A stretch of DNA of 64,000 bases from Ructibacterium sp. (GTDB lineage: Bacteria > Bacillota > Clostridia > Monoglobales > Monoglobaceae): assembly GCA_045606185.1 (NCBI GenBank), contig JAZURN010000047.1, forward strand, positions 15,645 to 79,644, in the 5' to 3' direction. Shown here one piece after another: positions 11,001-18,425 of this stretch. The notes beneath the pieces were generated by a model. That model did not search any database. It worked only from the letters and a program-made list of their open reading frames with translations, and was not told the origin of the DNA. Position 1 is the stretch's first letter. The number at the start of each line of letters is the position of its first letter. Position numbers and translations under genes: made by a program.

Positions 11001-12191
11001 ATACATGAATGCCGCCATTTCAATTTTTTCCAGCGAACCATAGATGTACAAAGTATCAATGGTATGACAATCCCAAAATGCTTCTTGACCAATTGTGGTA
11101 ACCGTCAACGGCAATTCGTAGGATGGTCCATCGCCAATATCTACGCAGGCATCCTTACAAGCTGCAGGGAATCTTAACAGGGTCGTTAAGTCCTTATCAA
11201 ACAATACGCCGTTGACGTCAGCATACACCTGATTTTCTTTATCAACCTGAATCTTCTCCAAGGAGTCCATTCCATAAAGTATTGCATCCTGTGCAATCTC
11301 AGTTACCGACGCTGGAATCTCAATTTTCTTGATGCCGGAACACTCATGAAACGCTCCACTGCCAATGGAAAATAAGGTTTTGGGCAGCTCTACATTGGTA
11401 AGTGCATCACAATCATCAAAGGCATATTCCCCAATGGCAGCAACACCTTTGGGAATCACATAGTTTTCTCCCTTTTTATTTTCAGGATAAGCTATCAGCG
11501 TGGAAAAACCAGCCGTAAAAAGAACCCCATCCTTTGACACAAAAGCTGTATTACCGGAAGAAACATTGATGCTTGTCAAGCTCTTACAATTAGAGAACAC
11601 CGAAATACCAATCGAAACTACATTTGCCGGAATTCTAATCGTCTTAATTGAATAACAGTCTTTGAAAGCGTTGTCTCCAATCGACTTCAGGCTATTGGGC
11701 AATGCCAGCTCTTTTAAGAATGTACAGCCTTCAAATGCACCGACCCCAATGGATTCAACACTATTTGGCATATAAACGCTTCGAAGATTACTCAATTCAG
11801 AAAAAGCATATGCCCCGATATTGGTAATTCCATCCGCAATATAAATAAATCGAATATACTGCTTCTGCTGGCTCCACGGAGTATCTCCCTGCACAAAATC
11901 GTTCATACTGCCGTTACCTAAAATCATCAGCATTCCGGACGGGCTAAGGCTCCAGGACAAACCGCATCCGCTGATGACCCCAGAGGTAGCTTCCAGTCGC
12001 ATTTCTTCCGGAATCTCTCCTTCAGCAACCGCTTCTGTTTCTGGAGAAGGCACCGCAACAGCATCTACATCTTCTTCTGTTATCACAGTGGAAGTATCTG
12101 CTGTAACTTCATTGTTGAAAGCATAGCCAGGCAGCGTACTCATTAAAATTCCAGTTGTTAAAATGATTGACAAAACTCTCTTCATTAACAT
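5079..12191 (-). CDS. Large secreted BspA-type leucine-rich-repeat surface protein (2370 aa) with Ig-like and C-terminal repeat domains
   Basis: Signal peptide; dozens of IGxxAFxxCxxLxxIxIPxSVxx repeats; two SSNPxVATV Ig-like (Big_2) repeats; DPSGYVYEG...WDVP...SDWLPVPPPQ block; three ~70-aa YRFVDEDG repeats. Confidence 0.88.
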   Translation of the reverse strand: MLMKRVLSIILTTGILMSTLPGYAFNNEVTADTSTVITEEDVDAVAVPSPETEAVAEGEIPEEMRLEATSGVISGCGLSWSLSPSGMLMILGNGSMNDFVQGDTPWSQQKQYIRFIYIADGITNIGAYAFSELSNLRSVYMPNSVESIGVGAFEGCTFLKELALPNSLKSIGDNAFKDCYSIKTIRIPANVVSIGISVFSNCKSLTSINVSSGNTAFVSKDGVLFTAGFSTLIAYPENKKGENYVIPKGVAAIGEYAFDDCDALTNVELPKTLFSIGSGAFHECSGIKKIEIPASVTEIAQDAILYGMDSLEKIQVDKENQVYADVNGVLFDKDLTTLLRFPAACKDACVDIGDGPSYELPLTVTTIGQEAFWDCHTIDTLYIYGSLEKIEMAAFMYFDSLKEIYFDGTSFNWEMVEKGIFNEKLNEVPINFLVGELEKQFHAKVGVTYYLEDFVDLQGNDVLLETLVVSSSNPTVATVDKTKMTAISEGEAIITAVVFKDGATYAASVQVIVTKSDNDNQSGTFPLIQGETMDLRGALSVPQEFMDALVWTSSNPKIAVVENGVVTAVERGKAVIIASVNSEDSLAYSVRCEIVVEPKYTSEEYFKFNKETGTITKYIGPDAEVIIPLTIGGIPVKAIGDSAFYNCNYITKVEVPETVTKIDRYAFYGCSSLANISLHEGIQYIGDYAFTCCSSLIKMTIPSTVTNNGRYWFNSCNKLDTITFAEGIKKIPSGVGFSPVKKIVLPSSATEISDSAFYYCNNLEEINIPNGVETLGSSAFSGCTKLKKVKLGSRIKAIGYQAFYNCSSLKTIEIPSSVTAIGNYAFEGCTALEQVSLAEGLKTIGYGAFYCCSSLKSIRIPNSVTQIGDYAFYSCGMLNNINFGSGLQSIGSSAFYYCSMLKEIKLPDSMKTIGSDSFRYCRSLSKVDLGNGLQSIGNGAFSNCSTLESVKISGRIPHLGNAFSDCSRLKQVVLGEGITTIGNNAFSRCTSLESIVIPNSVNKIGNSAFLGCNQLKTVSLGTGLKTIEELAFSQCSSLKSITIPSGVTEIQDYTFRYCSSLKNVNLGSSIRRIGQYAFDYCASLEQITIPDSVKSINAYAFEGCSKLENIDLGSGITKIGQSAFYNCTSLKSITIPDSVTQIERYAFQQCRGLEQLTLGNGLQYIDQGAFYFCNSLESVTIPNSVISLGDYAFYKCSNLDELDLGTNVRIIGRYAFAYCTSLENLMIPDSVNHVKDYGFAYCTNLSDVQIGNPLCVFGYNVFYRCDKLNSSTEWTASYKVLSEDTVGYFPMQIEYEVEGSLITDKKITVNLPENTYLVPGSMKLDGELYNNYTEAEAKDKWTRYYNEIVIELEKNSGVLTFCIKPMQYGSFSTSATMSMSQLGRTVTKQIGQVHLAMPDVTINAASTTGKPSVVVEGSAIPYTDVKLSIDGNYQKTVRSTMSGKYKTTVEINEPENYREYKITAEVIGNGGAVSTADAIVQYVANTPNLESLTYYYGRIGSSKKNYTLYSANGGVNRPVVQWGNPGAVRNHGKGYEYYFEVNLSQRENVDKVYVVSFKDNKKEYLEAVWDSRRNRYVTSGYFANDWNYMPGVLTVEYTKKAEAASANLSDFDAYFDFESDAFAPSITDYTSTSFSAEVAVADALRELFGSSIALNVETVERDYTGVSVEALCLDESNYYAYPLKRGGNQSVISFDLRSIDGASVVIHDMTGGKEITYQISFVSADADGGETPLSVLEILNRTEEYAGRISNAYNLNFNIEEINEGLQLAGISPETIEVGNEKAEMMELKKQMFILMATVLSASSVEELSAPSQILEYILALIEEDVEYFRDLRLLNIYRIGLECKVKWVLDPSGYVYEGVTDNRLEGVTATIFYVELEEMPIKADGSPDAESLDPSLVKLWEASEYNDQKNPLLTDANGMYAWDVPTGYWQVKYEKEGYEPTYSDWLPVPPPQTDVNVELVSTAAPKVESASLTTGALTVVFDKYMKPESITNVSVGDASYTLEYDKTKKDLEGNILAKEFKFKFQAPLSGGVEHTVNISEAKSYADIPMEDYSAGLVAEGKATYRFVDEDGTVLKEATVDCGTAVEAPTENPEKASTTQFTYTFAGWSGYTDGMMLTGDITFTAEYTPKVRQYTYRFVDEDGRELKKETVDYGTVIVAPDKNPEKASTAEHSYTFADWKGYSAGMLVTEDVTFTAEYTERASRYTYRFVNDDGTVIKEATVDYGTTIVAPEEIPQKEATAEYTYTFAEWVGFTPGMTITGDITFTAEYTESVNQVIPEELVLSNVTVNGNTISVEHTNNLTGNASFDVICAVYNDKNVLIGIQMRSVTDLESGMSNEEVFTFDTSWNSYKIFTWSSFEKLLPWLTPRKR
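5378..6005 (-). repeat. Three tandem ~70-aa repeats (YRFVDEDGxVLKExTVDYGTxIxAP...YTFAxWxG...DITFTAEYT)
   Basis: Visible in protein and DNA; boundaries approximate. Confidence 0.85.
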
Positions 12192-12228
12192 CGTATTCCT
12201 CCCTTATAGAATTACACTTAAAGTGAAG

Positions 12229-13350
12229 CTATTCGATTGTTCCATCAATATCCGAAAGATCAATGCCAAAAAATTCTTCAAGAAAGTTAAAGACAGTACT
12301 GTTCAAACGGCTTATTTTGGAAACAAAGGAGCTTCTGTCGCTGGTATTAAACTCCTTGTACTTTTCCATGGCTTCCAGAATATCTTCAACATATGCAGTA
12401 TATACGGTTTCTGTGGATATGATATACTTGTCTTGAGAAGCAATAAGATTGGTCAGTACACCTATTACAATATCAATAATTTCCTTTTCAGGCTCTGTGA
12501 ACAAAGCGCGATTGTCTGTTAATTCGCTTTTTGCAACCTTCAGGTTTGCGACAATACTTGCATTCTGTTGGGTATAGTCAACCGTTGGCTTTCCACCTGT
12601 GGAACCACCAATACCGCCGCCGGTAGGACCGCCAACAGAACCGCCGGTAGGACCGCCGACAGAACCTCCTGTAATACCGCCTGTAGTACCGCCAACAGAA
12701 CCACCGGTAGTACCGCCGGAAGGATTAACCACTGTTCCACTTGTAGTGGAATCGACAAAATTCGCAAGGACCTTGGCAAGAACACCACGCTTCATATTCT
12801 CCGTTGCTCTGAATTTATTCCCCTCTTCCAGGGTCATCAGCTTATTGCCGAGTATTTTCTTCACATCATTTACTGCCCAATCGGACACCTCATCCGCAAT
12901 TGTTTGGGTATACGCCACATCCTTTAACCCAGAAATACGGCAAATGATTGCACAAGCCTGTTCTCTTGTAACATAGTCATCTCCTCGGAATGAACCATCA
13001 TCAAATCCGTTAATATATCCTGCCTTTTTTCCGATGAGCACATGCTTAAAATACCATTTGTCCTCAGTAACATCCCAAAATCCTTGGTCTGCCGGTTCTG
13101 TTAACTTCCAGATATTGTTTACCATTTTACATAACTCTGCTCTGGTTACAAAGTTGTTTGGTGTAAATGTACCATCGCCGTTACCGCTTACAATTCCGTT
13201 TTCAACGAGCTTATAGATAGCAACACCTTCTGCAGTGGATGCATCTACATCAGTAAAACTTATTTTGGAATCATCCGCAAATACACCAATAGAAATAACA
13301 GATAAAATCATTGTGAAAGCCAAAAAGGCTGAAATCATTTTTTTGCTCAT
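12229..13350 (-). CDS. SLH-domain surface protein with Gly/Thr-rich linker (373 aa)
   Basis: Signal peptide MSKKMISAFL; three SLH repeats (GNGDGTFTPNNFVTRAE, GFDDGSFRGDDYVTREQ); RBS AGGAGG supports ATG 13350. Confidence 0.88.
   Translation of the reverse strand: MSKKMISAFLAFTMILSVISIGVFADDSKISFTDVDASTAEGVAIYKLVENGIVSGNGDGTFTPNNFVTRAELCKMVNNIWKLTEPADQGFWDVTEDKWYFKHVLIGKKAGYINGFDDGSFRGDDYVTREQACAIICRISGLKDVAYTQTIADEVSDWAVNDVKKILGNKLMTLEEGNKFRATENMKRGVLAKVLANFVDSTTSGTVVNPSGGTTGGSVGGTTGGITGGSVGGPTGGSVGGPTGGGIGGSTGGKPTVDYTQQNASIVANLKVAKSELTDNRALFTEPEKEIIDIVIGVLTNLIASQDKYIISTETVYTAYVEDILEAMEKYKEFNTSDRSSFVSKISRLNSTVFNFLEEFFGIDLSDIDGTIE
12592..12720 (-). repeat. Degenerate 12-nt tandem repeat encoding a (GGxx)n linker
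   Basis: GGTTGGSVGGTTGGITGGSVGGPTGGSVGGPTGGGIGGSTGG. Confidence 0.8.
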
Positions 13351-13388
13351 AAAATCCTCCTGTTGCCAAATGTTATTAAAAACAAGTT

Positions 13389-13418
13389 TATCCATGGGAG
13401 GTTTTCCTCCCATGGATA
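13389..13418 (-). other. Perfect 13-bp stem-loop between the first and second cargo genes (partial terminator or mRNA stabiliser)
   Basis: TATCCATGGGAGG-TTTT-CCTCCCATGGATA; no immediate U-tail on the coding strand. Confidence 0.65.
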
Positions 13419-13426
13419 CGTTTGTT

Positions 13427-16400
13427 TTAGTAGAAATATCTGCTGAAAGTTATATCATTTACACTATCGCCATTGAAGTCCTTGGCATACTTATCAACAA
13501 AATACTTTCCATTTTGATATCCTGTCGCTTCAGATGCTCCAAGTCTGCCCTTTACAAGCTCTATCACATTGTCAATATTGAAGATGTCTTCTTCTCTTCC
13601 GAACAAGATTTCTTCAAACTTCTCCGCATCAACAGGAACATTGATGGACTCTAAATCGAGATCTGCTAAAACAGAGATAATTTTTTGAATCGGTGTCGCA
13701 TATTGATTGTAAATCTTATTCAAAACGGAAACCTTTGAAAGAATTGATTCAAAGGGCAAATTCCCCGTTTCATCCATTTCAGTCAACACTGCGTCAATTC
13801 GGGAAAGTGCGGAAGCGATGATATCCTCAAATTTAGCATTGATAGCATCATATTCGCCTTCACTCATACCCTCCATAACGGTAACAAGCTTTCTGCTCAG
13901 CGTATCCAAATCATCCAAGGTATAACCGCCAGGCAAGTCCCCTTCGCCCAAGTCAACCAAAATAGTCTTAACATGGTCAATGACAGGTTCGAGCGTTGAC
14001 ATATAAGAACCAACTGCGCTACCACCGGAAGATGCAAGGGTCTGCTTTACCGAATCAATCTTGTTAATTAAACTCTGCAGAGTGAAACCACCTACAATGG
14101 GTTGATTGTTTTCCAGCTTATCAGAAATCAACTGCATCTCTTTCAGGAAATCTGCCACATCCTGAGTAAGTCCCTCTTTAACCGCTTTGTATTCTTCATC
14201 ACTGAGGTCGCCGTAGTAGCAAAGTGCATCATCAAAGATAATAGCAACATCCAAAAGTGCACAATAATATTCCATATAGTCTCTGAAATAATATCCGGTT
14301 GCACCCGTGCTTTCATCCACTCGTGCTGCATCATATGCAACTGCCAAATCAAACCAGTTAATGTTAACGAACTTCTGCAGAGCCAGGTTGTTTTGGTAAT
14401 AATAACCGCCCTTGTTTTCAAGCTTTGTCTTCAACTTTGCAGCTGCTCTTCCGTAGATACCCTTTAGAATATCCGGGATGTTGATTGTTGCATTCATGCT
14501 GGTTGTATAATAGCGCTTGATGTTAGCATCACTTGAAGCCTCAACTTCATCGACTACTTTCTCAAGCTCAATCCAGTACTTTGATGTAGTACTGTCGAAA
14601 ATCTCATACATTACATCTTCGCCCAAAGCATCAATCATCACACCAAAGCCCTTGTTTCTAAGGATTCCAAGCATTTCTGCAAAGTCAAAGGTGTCAATGG
14701 CCTCTCCTACCGCTGTTACAAAATGAGTATTGTGCTTATTGACCTCAAAGCTATCTGCCTTAGTTTCAAACGCCTGCATAAACTCTACATAAGGAGCATA
14801 CTGGTCAAGAATGTCAATGATTTGTTGAGCAAGTTCAGCACGCTTTGCCGGAGTCAATTTACCAATATGCTCGATAATCATATCAATGTCAGCATGATCC
14901 TTTACAAGGTCATCAACCTCATCATCGGAGAGAGTATCAATATATGACATGATAAACTCATCTTCTACCGCATCAACGATGGCATCATAATTATCCAGAA
15001 CAAAATCATCTACAAAGTCGGCGTTAAGTGCATCAGTAACAAAAGTAACAATGGGTTGTTGTATTTTAGCTACATCCACACTCTTAACCTTTTCAACAAA
15101 GACAGCCTTAATGTCTTCTGCAAGCCCTGCAATATCAGTATCATTGTTAAGGTCTGTTTTTCCATCAAAGTATGCTTCGATAAATGCAATAACACTGTTC
15201 TCAATGACATCCTGAATCTTCTTATCGCTCTCTTCATCGCCATCAACAATGGGTATCTGATTGAGATACTTCTTTGCAAAATCAACAACTGTGGTATCAA
15301 TAACCGCTTGCAATTCTTCCTCTAACTGGTCATTTGCATCTGTTGAGAAGTATTTCTCTACCACCTCTGCAATAACCTCGTCAATCAGTTTGATATAATT
15401 CTGCCACTGTGCCGGTCTAAAACTGATATTCTGGAATTTATCTTTTACGCTATCAATACCGTTTACATACCCATATACAATTGCTTCGTATCCGTATTTG
15501 GAAGAGAATCCAACGCTAAGGTTGCCAAACTTTGTCTGGTTATCCTCAATAACTTTATATACAGCTTCTCTTACCTTTTTTGCAGACTCGGACATTGTTT
15601 CATGAGTAGGATCGTTATCATTGTAAACCTTACCGGGTTCCGCAACGGCCTTAACCAGTACTTTTCTCAACGCCAAAGAAGATTTGTACTTCTCATCGGT
15701 GTTGTCAATTACAATAATACTATTTTTGAAATCGGTGTCATTCTTTAAAATCTTAAGAATTTCTGCCTTCACATTCGTCTTATCAAGATAGGTTAAGAGC
15801 TTTGTCTTGATAGCATTGGATGTCAAGGTTTCAAGAACCTCATCCCGTAGGGTAGCGTTGCCCACGAGTTTTGCAATAAACTTGTTTTTGCTTGCCGCAC
15901 TCTCAATCAAGGTATTCTTCGAGGAAGAATTCAAAACAGAAACAATCAAATCAGAATCTGTCTTGATTTTATCCTGTACAAACACAATACCATCATTTCG
16001 GAATTCATTATCCTTCAGGATGCTGCGCAAGGAATCATCACCAATTAAGTCAATCAGCTTTTTGCCGCCAATCTCATCTACCAACGTGGGAATGTCAAAA
16101 AATGCCAGAACCGCCCTTAATTCTTCAGTCTCGCCATTGAGCATTTCATTAACACGTTCTTCCACCTTTGCCTGAATCTGATCATAATCAATGACATCAA
16201 TAATTTTTAAGCTGAGGTCTTTATCAAGAATATTTCCGTCTGCATCAACCAGACCGGTTTTTTGGTTAAGCAAGTTGTACATAGACGCAAGCTTTGCATC
16301 GACCTTTGTCTTAACTACATTCTTTTCGAGCGTTAACCCTGTTTCGATCAGCGCATCCTTCAAAGAGTCCGCAAGTCTTGATTCAGAATCATAACGAAGG

Positions 16401-17764
16401 TCAAGCGTGTAGGGAATACCAATCTGCGGAACATCCATTGCCATAGCCGCAATCTTGGTCGCATAATATACGTGAATATCGCCATTTACAACAGTAGTAT
16501 TGGTAAACGCCGACCACACGCCCGGAGATGTTTCGTACAGATATTCTTTATCAACCTGATGGGTATATGCAGTATTAAGGAGATTATATCCTAAATCCGC
16601 TCTATCATAAGCAGGAAGTGTTACAAGCTTACCCTGGTAGATACCATCAAGGGTTTTACCCGCACCCAGAATATTCCGGTTCGCATCGTTTGCAGCCTTG
16701 TTAACAGCCACAGTTGCAAAGTGGTTTTCATTCGCACCGTCATGGAAGTATACAGTATGATATTCTGCGGTTTCTCCGCCGCCACTGTATCCGCCTCCAC
16801 CGCCGCCAACTTTCTTCAAGAAGGTTGCCGGTGTAATTTCCTTAATATTCTTGAAGACATCTTCAGTTCGGTAGTTTTGGAAGTGTACAATACCATTCAC
16901 GTCATAAACAACAACGTATTCCTTCACCTTGGTGTTAACAAGCTTGATACCCTTCTCACCACCACGGCAGAGAAGACGACCATTGACAGTTACATTATTT
17001 AACACAACTGTTCCGTTGCCAACGCCATCACCGATAATCAAATCTCCATCGATGGTAACATTCGACAGGGTAACTCCGGATGTTCTAATGAGACTACTGT
17101 CTTTACCGGTGCTGTTTACCTTACCACTTTTGGTGTAATAGGTTTTGATGATGTTGTACATCATCTGTGCAAATTCTTCTCTGGTAATATAGCACTGAGG
17201 GCAAAGCTTACCCTCATCGTTACCATGGATATATCCTTTGGCTACAAGAACTGCCGCTGCACTCTTTGCCCAATCAGAAACCAATTCACTATCCGGAAAA
17301 GCTTCCAGGGATGTGTAATCTTCAGTTTCTAAAACGAGAGCTCTTGCAACTACTGTAAATACAGCTTCTCTCGTAATGCTCTCTTCCGGATTGATTGTAG
17401 TTGCAGAATCTCCGATAAACGTTCTCATATTTACCGCTCTGGCAATTTCATCATAATACCAATCGTCCGGAGTAACATCTGTATATTTAGAAATATCAGC
17501 CTTTATCGTTGCGCCAAAAACACGATTGATGATTGTCGCCATTTCTGCACGCGTAAGATTATCCTTCGGATTGATTGTGGTTTCTGAACTACCGTAAAGC
17601 AAGCCATTATCAACTGCATGCTCCATTGCCACTTTAGACCATCCCGTAGGAAAATCCACAAATCTACTGTAGTTATCTGCCGCTGACACTGTCAGAACTG
17701 TAGAAAGCAGCATTGACAATACAATAACGATTGAGATAAACCCTTTCATTTTGCGAAAATTCAT
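13427..17764 (-). CDS. Large SLH-domain (S-layer-like) protein, ~1445 aa, with long acidic and probably helical C-terminal region
   Basis: Signal peptide; SLH repeats (INPKDNLTRAE, INPEESITREA, GNDEGKLCPQCYITREE); GDLIIGDGVG beta-rich segment; poly-Gly linker; RBS AAAGGAG. Confidence 0.88.
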   Translation of the reverse strand: MNFRKMKGFISIVIVLSMLLSTVLTVSAADNYSRFVDFPTGWSKVAMEHAVDNGLLYGSSETTINPKDNLTRAEMATIINRVFGATIKADISKYTDVTPDDWYYDEIARAVNMRTFIGDSATTINPEESITREAVFTVVARALVLETEDYTSLEAFPDSELVSDWAKSAAAVLVAKGYIHGNDEGKLCPQCYITREEFAQMMYNIIKTYYTKSGKVNSTGKDSSLIRTSGVTLSNVTIDGDLIIGDGVGNGTVVLNNVTVNGRLLCRGGEKGIKLVNTKVKEYVVVYDVNGIVHFQNYRTEDVFKNIKEITPATFLKKVGGGGGGYSGGGETAEYHTVYFHDGANENHFATVAVNKAANDANRNILGAGKTLDGIYQGKLVTLPAYDRADLGYNLLNTAYTHQVDKEYLYETSPGVWSAFTNTTVVNGDIHVYYATKIAAMAMDVPQIGIPYTLDLRYDSESRLADSLKDALIETGLTLEKNVVKTKVDAKLASMYNLLNQKTGLVDADGNILDKDLSLKIIDVIDYDQIQAKVEERVNEMLNGETEELRAVLAFFDIPTLVDEIGGKKLIDLIGDDSLRSILKDNEFRNDGIVFVQDKIKTDSDLIVSVLNSSSKNTLIESAASKNKFIAKLVGNATLRDEVLETLTSNAIKTKLLTYLDKTNVKAEILKILKNDTDFKNSIIVIDNTDEKYKSSLALRKVLVKAVAEPGKVYNDNDPTHETMSESAKKVREAVYKVIEDNQTKFGNLSVGFSSKYGYEAIVYGYVNGIDSVKDKFQNISFRPAQWQNYIKLIDEVIAEVVEKYFSTDANDQLEEELQAVIDTTVVDFAKKYLNQIPIVDGDEESDKKIQDVIENSVIAFIEAYFDGKTDLNNDTDIAGLAEDIKAVFVEKVKSVDVAKIQQPIVTFVTDALNADFVDDFVLDNYDAIVDAVEDEFIMSYIDTLSDDEVDDLVKDHADIDMIIEHIGKLTPAKRAELAQQIIDILDQYAPYVEFMQAFETKADSFEVNKHNTHFVTAVGEAIDTFDFAEMLGILRNKGFGVMIDALGEDVMYEIFDSTTSKYWIELEKVVDEVEASSDANIKRYYTTSMNATINIPDILKGIYGRAAAKLKTKLENKGGYYYQNNLALQKFVNINWFDLAVAYDAARVDESTGATGYYFRDYMEYYCALLDVAIIFDDALCYYGDLSDEEYKAVKEGLTQDVADFLKEMQLISDKLENNQPIVGGFTLQSLINKIDSVKQTLASSGGSAVGSYMSTLEPVIDHVKTILVDLGEGDLPGGYTLDDLDTLSRKLVTVMEGMSEGEYDAINAKFEDIIASALSRIDAVLTEMDETGNLPFESILSKVSVLNKIYNQYATPIQKIISVLADLDLESINVPVDAEKFEEILFGREEDIFNIDNVIELVKGRLGASEATGYQNGKYFVDKYAKDFNGDSVNDITFSRYFY

Positions 17765-17842
17765 ATTCACATCTCCTTTAAATATATGTATTGAAAATCT
17801 TTAACTAATTTTGGTTAAAAGGACATAAATGCCCTGTCTTCT

Positions 17843-17871
17843 ATTCTATACTGTTTAGAGTAAAAAGTCAA
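17843..17871 (-). promoter_or_regulatory. sigmaA promoter P1 of the cargo operon
   Basis: TTGACT-N17-TAGAAT. Confidence 0.75.
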
Positions 17872-18057
17872 GTAAATTCCACAAACGCATTGCATTTCAT
17901 AAGTTATCGGCAAAAACCATTAAAACTTGCAAAAACTTATGGATGTATCTTCTCCAAAAAACTCTCTCAAAGCTCATCGCTTTTGTGGGAACAAAACATA
18001 ACAATTCATTTTATATTTTATACTTTCGCAACCAAAAAGTCAAGTAAATTCCACAAA
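17862..18057. repeat. 24-bp perfect direct repeat AAAAAGTCAAGTAAATTCCACAAA (17862-17885 and 18034-18057)
   Basis: Exact duplication covering the -35 box and upstream sequence of P1 and P2. Confidence 0.92.
18015..18043 (-). promoter_or_regulatory. sigmaA promoter P2 of the cargo operon
   Basis: TTGACT-N17-TAAAAT. Confidence 0.75.
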
Positions 18058-18100
18058 TATGTTATGTTACTCATCGACAAAACAATTTGATTTTTGTCAT

Positions 18101-18130
18101 TCATAACATTGAAGCTGCCGTCATACTAAT
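18101..18130 (+). promoter_or_regulatory. Putative sigmaE promoter for the small ORF and recombinase
   Basis: TCATAAC-N14-CATACTAAT; same -35 heptamer and spacing as upstream of spoIVA. Confidence 0.62.
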
Positions 18131-18186
18131 ATACAAAGCAAAACTACCCATCAAAGGGCAGTGCATAAGAAAGGCGGAGCTTATTT

Positions 18187-18342
18187 ATGTCTAAAAAAAC
18201 CGAAGACATTCTTAAAGAAAACAGAAAACAATTCGAACATGAATTAAAGCTTTTCATCAATCAGCAATTATTTGACAAGCATATTATTTCGGAAGATATG
18301 TACTTTACCGCAAAGGAACTTTTGTTGAAACAAGCAAGCTGA
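18187..18342 (+). CDS. 51-aa small protein, candidate recombination directionality factor (SHOCT-like C-terminus)
   Basis: Manual translation MSKKTEDILKENRKQFEHELKLFINQQLFDKHIISEDMYFTAKELLLKQAS; RBS-like GGCGGAG; below the ORF-track cutoff; function is inferred. Confidence 0.7.
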   Translation: MSKKTEDILKENRKQFEHELKLFINQQLFDKHIISEDMYFTAKELLLKQAS

Positions 18343-18425
18343 CAAATGTGACCCAAAGTGTACTGTATTTTAGCAGCACACTTTCTTTCTATAAATTACC
18401 TTTAACGCAAGATAGGAGGACCAAA

